Source of the DNA: Candidatus Sericytochromatia bacterium
GTDB lineage: Bacteria > Cyanobacteriota > Sericytochromatia > S15B-MN24 > VGJW01
DNA: 64,000 nucleotides
Assembly: GCA_035285865.1 (NCBI GenBank)
Contig: JAYKHS010000017.1
Location: forward strand, 57,534 to 121,533
Direction of reading: 5' to 3'
A program made the position numbers and the translations under genes. Positions within the stretch are counted from its first letter, which is position 1. Each line of letters opens with the position of its first letter. A model generated the notes under the pieces. The model had not been told where the DNA came from and ran no database searches. It worked only from the letters and a program-made list of their open reading frames with translations. Positions 58,558 to 64,000 of the stretch are shown piece by piece.

Positions 58558-59490
58558 GTGTCCGCCAACATTGAATTGAGCGACTTGCTCCAGCGCCTAC
58601 ATGCGGAAGCCGCAGCCGATCGTTCCGGTCACGTCGCGACCTACATCCCCGAGTTGGCCAAGGCGGATTCCGAGGCCTTCGGTGTGGCCTACTGCACGGC
58701 CGATGGCCGAGTGGGCGTGGTGGGCGATGCCGAGATTCCGTTCACGATCCAGTCGGTCTCCAAGCCCTTCCTGTACGGCTTGGCCCTCGATGCCCACGGG
58801 CGCGACGCCGTGGCCCGGCGCGTAGGCGTCGAGCCGACGGGGGACGCTTTCAACGCCATCATCACGCTCGAGCAGCAGACCAAGCGCCCCCATAACCCAA
58901 TGGTCAATGCCGGGGCGATCGCGGTGGCGTCCATGGTGCCCGGGGCGGCTCCGGCCGATCGCCTGAACCATCTGCTCGAGGGCCTGGGGCGTTACGCCGG
59001 GCGACGCTTGCATGTGGACACGGCCATCTACCTGTCCGAGCGCGCGACGGGGCATCGGAACCGCGCCATGGCACACCTGATGCTCAACTTCGGCATGCTC
59101 GAGGGTGCGGTCGAGGACGTGCTGGACCTCTATTTCCAGCAGTGCTCGGTCGTGGTGACGGCTCGGGATCTGGCGGTGATGGCGGCTTGCCTCGCCAACG
59201 GCGGCATCCATCCCCTGACGGGCGAGCGGGCGCTGGACCAGGGCCACGTGCGCGACGTGTTGAGCGTGATGTTCTCGTGCGGCATGTACGACGCATCCGG
59301 GCGATGGATGCACGAGGTGGGCCTGCCGGCCAAGAGCGGCGTGGGCGGGGGCATCCTGGCCGTGGTGCCCGGGCGCATGGGCCTTGCGGCCTTCTCGCCA
59401 CGGCTCGACGACCACGGGCACAGCGTGAGGGGCATGGCTGTCATCCGGGCGATTTCAGGCGCGCTGGGGCTGCACGTCTTCGGAGGGTAG
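58558..59490 (+). CDS. glsA: Glutaminase
   Basis: VATYIPELA, FTIQSVSK, EPTG..FN, NPMVNAGAI, GMYD.SG, PAKSGVGGG. Confidence 0.95.
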   Translation: MSANIELSDLLQRLHAEAAADRSGHVATYIPELAKADSEAFGVAYCTADGRVGVVGDAEIPFTIQSVSKPFLYGLALDAHGRDAVARRVGVEPTGDAFNAIITLEQQTKRPHNPMVNAGAIAVASMVPGAAPADRLNHLLEGLGRYAGRRLHVDTAIYLSERATGHRNRAMAHLMLNFGMLEGAVEDVLDLYFQQCSVVVTARDLAVMAACLANGGIHPLTGERALDQGHVRDVLSVMFSCGMYDASGRWMHEVGLPAKSGVGGGILAVVPGRMGLAAFSPRLDDHGHSVRGMAVIRAISGALGLHVFGG

Positions 59491-59581
59491 TGCCGCGGGA
59501 GGCTCGAAGGACTACCTGTGCCCACGCAGGCCTGTGCCCACGCCGGGCAAGTCGTGGCGTCTCCTCGGGGACAACCCAAAC

Positions 59582-60268
59582 ATGCCGCGTTCCATCGACC
59601 CTTCGGCGAGAGCCGTTTCCGTGAGGTCTGTCCGCGGCCTGCGCAACGAAGCCCAGGACGTGTCGCCTCCGCAGGCTCCCGATCGCCTGATGCGCTCTTC
59701 GGCCACCCCGGGTCAGCGCTTGCTGGCGGCGATGCAGCCGTGGGTGGATCGGCCCGAGACCTTGCCGCGCTATCTGGCCGGCCATCATCCGGACTGGAAG
59801 GACGACACCGACCACTGCTACAGCCTGGTGTTCCGGGGCGCCATCCGGGCTGGCCTGATTCCCGAACGGGAGGCCGAGGCGCTCATGGCCCGCATCCCGG
59901 TGGGCAACGAGGCCGGCTTCCGAGCCGTCATGTTCCCCAAGGGCTTTGCCCGCGCGTCCATCCTTGTCGAAGGCGAGCGGGTCCGCCTCGGGGGTGGACC
60001 GTGGCCGGCAGGGGCCTTGGTGTCCTTCGACGGCGGGTCCCACGTCATGGTGGCCACCGGACGCACCGACGCCATGGGGCGTCACGAAGTGCTGTCCTTC
60101 AAGGGGGGGCAGGCCGTCACCCCGGTCTGGGGAGATTCCATGGCACAGGATGATCGGCCCCGGTTGCACGTGCTGACGGCGGAGGAAGAGTTGGAGAACC
60201 TGCTGCGCGACGGGCAGGATGTGGCGGGAGTCGTGGTGGCGGTGGGCGAACCGCCATGGGCGCCATAA
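59582..60268 (+). CDS. Hypothetical protein, possible papain-like Cys-His fold
   Basis: DHCYSLV...GALVSFD..SHVMVATG. Confidence 0.6.
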   Translation: MPRSIDPSARAVSVRSVRGLRNEAQDVSPPQAPDRLMRSSATPGQRLLAAMQPWVDRPETLPRYLAGHHPDWKDDTDHCYSLVFRGAIRAGLIPEREAEALMARIPVGNEAGFRAVMFPKGFARASILVEGERVRLGGGPWPAGALVSFDGGSHVMVATGRTDAMGRHEVLSFKGGQAVTPVWGDSMAQDDRPRLHVLTAEEELENLLRDGQDVAGVVVAVGEPPWAP

Positions 60269-60388
60269 GCATCGCCAACGCTCTGGCTCTCGGAGTCAGG
60301 GGGCCGATGGCCTTGTCTGGATTGGGTCTGGCACAACCGTCACGCGCCGTCGGCTTGCCGGATGCGTTCCGGGCGACTCGTTCGGCCC

Positions 60389-61123
60389 TTACGCAGCGGG
60401 ACCCCGATCAGCCTGGACTTCCCCACTCTTCAGGGCGTGGCGCAAGCCCAAGGGTATGGTCACCTGGCTGACGCCATCGAAGAATTCCTTTGCGGGCACC
60501 GTCTTCTCGCCTTGCATGGGGTCCATGTAGGTCACGGTCATCCGACCTTGCGAACCGTCCGGCTGGACCACGGCGCCCATCTAGAGAATCTGGACGGCGT
60601 GTCCCATCGAGGCGTCGGACGTCCGGATGGCAGCGGGGACAGAGCCTGAATCCAGAGCCTCCCGGACTACGCCGGACAAGCGTCGCCGTTCGCTGCCCGA
60701 GGTGATTTGGGCGTTGCCCAGATTGCCGTCCATGATCGATTTCATCAACTGGCCGTACTGGTGGGTGGTCAGCGTATTGCCGGCACCGTCGAGGTCGACA
60801 CTAAGGCTGTGTCCGGATCGGGTCTTCGCTTCTCCCCTTGTGGCTAAGTCAATCGCGAGCCTGGCATATTCGCCGGGTTGCTGCCGCGCGATGACGCCCT
60901 GGGCGGTGGCCGGACCGCAATCGAAGGTGTCCACGCCCTGACGGATGCGCCGAGGCCGGGCGAGGTCGAAGACGAGATGCTTGCGAACTTCAGCCAGCGA
61001 GATGTCCTGGCCACTCAGACCTTCAGCGGCTGGACGGAACGATTCGGGCACGCGAACGTTCTCGCCACGCTTCTGGGCGACAATCAGCTTGCCGAGCCGG
61101 TCCAGATGGTCCCGGACAGACAC
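60389..61123 (-). pseudogene. C39/papain-like cysteine peptidase interrupted by in-frame TAG
   Basis: IRQG...DCGPAT...GHAVQIL-TAG(60581-83)-MGAV...TYMDP; TAA in frame just upstream of 61123. Confidence 0.65.
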
Positions 61124-61357
61124 GCCCTGCGCTTCACGCCGTGGAGGTTACTCACCCGTCGGCCTGATTAGAGGCCCCGGACTCAGGGGGCAGGCTTCGG
61201 TTTCGTCGTGTTGGCTATCGTCTTGACCTCTTGGGACACCGGAGGCTTCAGGCTGCTTGGCACCGGAGCGCACGGGAGCCTTGTTGACAGATTCTGAACA
61301 TTCAGCGAATCTTGGGCCTGTTCATTGCGGGAACGCATCACGGCTGAGGAGAAGAGC

Positions 61358-61963
61358 TTGAGCAAGGGGATCGTTGCCACTTTGATGGCACTTTGTATGG
61401 GGTCAGCAGTATTTGCGGGTTGCAGTCAGTCTGTTCGCAGTGAAGCTCCCGCAGCTCCGAGCATCGTGGGCAAGTGGAAGTCCGCAGTCACCCCATTCGA
61501 TGCAGAGCGGGCATTTCAACTTGACTTCGACATCAAGGCCGATACATGGGATGTAGACTACACGGTCTTTGGCGATCTGAAGGGGCGGAATCCGTTCGTC
61601 ACGGTGCATATCAGCGGGCCCTATTCCATCGGAGCGCCCTCCGGCAGCGTTCCGGGTGCCTACGATGCGGTATTCGGGATCACCCGCAAGACCGTCACGG
61701 CCCATTCGGCCGGAGCCGCTGGCTATCTGGACAGCGTCGGGGGCGCCGTGAAGGGCTTCAAGGCCGGCGTGCCGCTGGATATCACCCAGTCTGGATTCCC
61801 TGCACTGGGTCAGTACCCGGTCTCCATGGTCAGCGCGGATTATGACCTCATGAAGCTGGATGGTGACAAGCTGTATTTCGGGGATCGTCCAAAGGACAAC
61901 AACATGGGTTCTCCCGACAAGCGACCGACAAGCTTGGCAAGTTACTACTCCGTCAAGTATTGA
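61358..61963 (+). CDS. APCDD1-like domain lipoprotein
   Basis: Lipobox FAGC; G.W.S, GPY.IG.PS..VPGA, DIT..G..ALG, DYDL.K, LYFG.RP.D, RPTSL; RBS GAGGAG. Confidence 0.75.
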   Translation: MSKGIVATLMALCMGSAVFAGCSQSVRSEAPAAPSIVGKWKSAVTPFDAERAFQLDFDIKADTWDVDYTVFGDLKGRNPFVTVHISGPYSIGAPSGSVPGAYDAVFGITRKTVTAHSAGAAGYLDSVGGAVKGFKAGVPLDITQSGFPALGQYPVSMVSADYDLMKLDGDKLYFGDRPKDNNMGSPDKRPTSLASYYSVKY

Positions 61964-61971
61964 CAAGCGCG

Positions 61972-61997
61972 TGGGCCGGGTCGGCAGACCCGGCCCA
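61972..61997 (+). terminator. Hairpin after APCDD1-like gene
   Basis: TGGGCCGGGTC-GGCA-GACCCGGCCCA perfect 11-bp stem; no U-tract. Confidence 0.55.
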
Positions 61998-62373
61998 TGA
62001 AGTATCCCGGATCGGTTGCGGGTTCTGGGGCAGAGCCTCGTGCCTTTAAGATGGCTGAATCGTCGGAGCAATCCCGGCGGACACTCGAGCGACAAGGCGC
62101 GCCGAGGACGCGTCCGGTGTGGGTCGCGTCGGTACATGATCATTCGTTTGCCCGCTTTGGTTCTGCGGCCGGATAAGCCCTGCAGGGGAGAGTGGGGCGG
62201 GATCAGGAAGCGCCAATGAAGGCGTGAGGGGCCCTGTTCCGAATCTGCAGGCCACCTCGGGTACCATGTTTGCCGGGGATGCGGGGACGATGCGCCATCT
62301 TGAGGGCGTGAGCGGGATACTGCCGTCTTCGTTCGGGTGGGGCGATGACGTTTCACGTGAAGGGAGCCCTGTC

Positions 62374-63321
62374 TTGAAAGCACCATTGGGCAAGCTGGAA
62401 CGCCTCTCGCTCAGGAAGGCCTGGGCCCACGAGGCCAGCGACTTCACCCCGTGGCTCGCGTTGCCCGAGAACCTGGCGGTGTTGGCCGAGGCTCTGGGCC
62501 TGGATGACCTGGAGCTCGTCGGTACGGAGCATCCGGTCGGGGACTTCAAGATTGACATCCTGTGCTCGGGGGATGGGGGCAAGGTCATCATCGAGAACCA
62601 ACTCGAGCGCACCAACCATACGCATCTCGGTCAGATCCTGACCTATGCGGCGGGTGTCGGGGCCTCGAGGGTCATCTGGATCGCCGAGCGGTTCAGGACC
62701 GAGCATGTGGCGGCCCTCGAGTTTCTGAACCAGCACACGACGGAGGAGCTGGATTTCTTCGCGGTCGAGGTCGAACTGTGGCGCATCGGAGATTCCCCGA
62801 TGGCCCCGGCCTTCAAGCCGGTGGTCCGGCCCAACGACTGGGCGAAGGTCGGGCAGCAGAGTGCACGCCTGGCCTCTTCCATGACCACGACCAAGCAGCT
62901 GCAGCTGAGATTCTGGGCGGAGTGGGCGGAGTGGCTGAAGGCAAAGGGTTCGAAGCTGCGTCCGAACAAGGGGCGGCCGCAGGCTTGGTTGATCATCCCT
63001 CTGGGACGCAGCGGCATATGGCTAGCGGCCGTGCTGGGTGTGCGGGACAAGCTGATCAGCATGGAGGTCTATATCGACGACGCGGATCCCAAGGAGTCCT
63101 TCCGGCGCCTGAAGGAACACAAGCAGGCCATCGAGGAGCAGTTGGGCATGGCGCTCGAGTGGCAGGAGTTGCCGGACAAGCGGGCAAGCAGAATCCGTGT
63201 TCAGCGCAAGAACTCGCCGGTGGACCCGCACGAGGCCTGGCCCGAGTGCTTTGCGTGGCTCGAGCAGACGGGGGTGGCCATGGACAGGGTCTTCCGGCCG
63301 TTGCTCAAGGAGTTGGATTGA
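62374..63321 (+). CDS. DUF4268-domain protein with N-terminal PD-(D/E)XK-like fold
   Basis: W.HEA.DFTPWL, E..VG.F.IDIL, IIENQL..T.H.HLGQ; C-terminal 'IEEQLG..LEW.ELP'. Confidence 0.85.
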   Translation: MKAPLGKLERLSLRKAWAHEASDFTPWLALPENLAVLAEALGLDDLELVGTEHPVGDFKIDILCSGDGGKVIIENQLERTNHTHLGQILTYAAGVGASRVIWIAERFRTEHVAALEFLNQHTTEELDFFAVEVELWRIGDSPMAPAFKPVVRPNDWAKVGQQSARLASSMTTTKQLQLRFWAEWAEWLKAKGSKLRPNKGRPQAWLIIPLGRSGIWLAAVLGVRDKLISMEVYIDDADPKESFRRLKEHKQAIEEQLGMALEWQELPDKRASRIRVQRKNSPVDPHEAWPECFAWLEQTGVAMDRVFRPLLKELD

Positions 63322-63468
63322 GGGTGGCCGGTTGAGGTCCGCTCGAGCCGGGGAGCGTCCGAGAGGTGACCGTCCCCCACAAACGTGGTGCCCCCAGACG
63401 GTTCGTTTGTCTGGAGGAGAGTCCATTCAGCCGGGAACACAGCCTACGAGGACTGGGAGTTCCTGCTG

Positions 63469-63873
63469 ATGCCCAAGCCAATTTAATCTATCACCAGAGG
63501 TTCTCTCATCCGCCTGAAGGCACGGCCGGAAGTCACGGGCGCGGTCGTGGATGTCTTGGCTGGAGACCCTGAAACGCGCTTCGTCGTCTTTCACGGGGGC
63601 GAGATGGCGACGTATTACGCATCTCAGGTGGAGCCGTTAGAGGATGCTCCTTCTCGTTCCATTCTTGATGCGGAGGCCTTGCATGCTGTACTGACGGCCT
63701 TGCAACTTCGTCACCCCAGCACCCAGCACCTTTATTCCCTTCACGCTTCGCGCATCAATTTCGTCCCCTATCAGTACCGTCCGGTCCTGAAGCTGCTCCG
63801 GGCAGACCGACCGCGCTTGCTGGTTGCGGATGAGGTCGGCGTCGGCAAGACCATCGAAGCTGGGCTCATCCTG
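63469..63873 (+). pseudogene. SNF2-family helicase N-terminal fragment
   Basis: Manual translation: MPKPI*(TAA 63484-86)SITRG...RINFVPYQYRPVLKLL...RLLVADEVGVGKTIEAGLIL, then homology ends. Confidence 0.85.
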
Positions 63874-64000
63874 ACTTCCGCTCCGTCCGACACGCCCGGG
63901 ACCTCATCGAGGCCTGGCGCATGGACTACAACGGACAACGCCCCCACAGCTCCCTCGGCAACCTCACGCCCGAGGAGTTTGCAACACGTCACCGACAGGT
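63873..64000 (+). mobile_element. IS3-family transposase C-terminal fragment
   Basis: Different frame: FRSVRHARDLIEAWRMDYNGQRPHSSLGNLTPEEFA. Confidence 0.88.

Noticed and set aside
60581..60583. Pyrrolysine or programmed amber readthrough
   Set aside because: No pyl genes in the window, TAG serves as a normal stop elsewhere (e.g. 15525, 20606, 59490), and other lesions nearby favour decay
63771..63992. 73-aa minus-strand ORF
   Set aside because: Antisense shadow of the helicase and IS3 fragments on the plus strand

Overview
High-GC bacterial chromosomal window, densely packed with about 64 genes. No rRNA, tRNA or CRISPR array was seen. Lineage-specific lipoproteins with (L-V-x-N-x-A-x-G)n repeats suggest, from recall only, a non-photosynthetic relative of Cyanobacteria such as Ca. 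Sericytochromatia. Content: surface lipoproteins (IPT/TIG, NHL, FG-GAP, Bor), cell-wall enzymes (LysM-SLT, LysM, CHAP), GH31, acyl-CoA dehydrogenase, ABC systems, TldD/PmbA, purB, PhoD, SRAP, aquaporin-ArsC, ahpCF/GPx, glutaminase, a lower-GC LysR/AblB-like/symporter islet, and a decayed SNF2 helicase joined to an IS3 fragment at the right end. Signals missed by the ORF track: (1) an in-frame UGA with an fdhF-like SECIS hairpin that makes a membrane-anchored U-x-x-C thioredoxin (31621-32106), last gene of a coupled tldD-pmbA-ABC-ABC operon; (2) a GGG(T/G)A motif exactly 10 nt before many start codons, suggesting leaderless promoters; (3) a small protein with an exact 27-aa period of FAVTES-type cores; (4) several signal-peptide-less proteins, some lytic, sharing a disordered N-terminus and a D-x-[LF]-x-x-[ST] motif; (5) an amber-interrupted cysteine peptidase and a Cys-free APCDD1-like lipoprotein. 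All family calls come from motif recognition by eye, not database searches.
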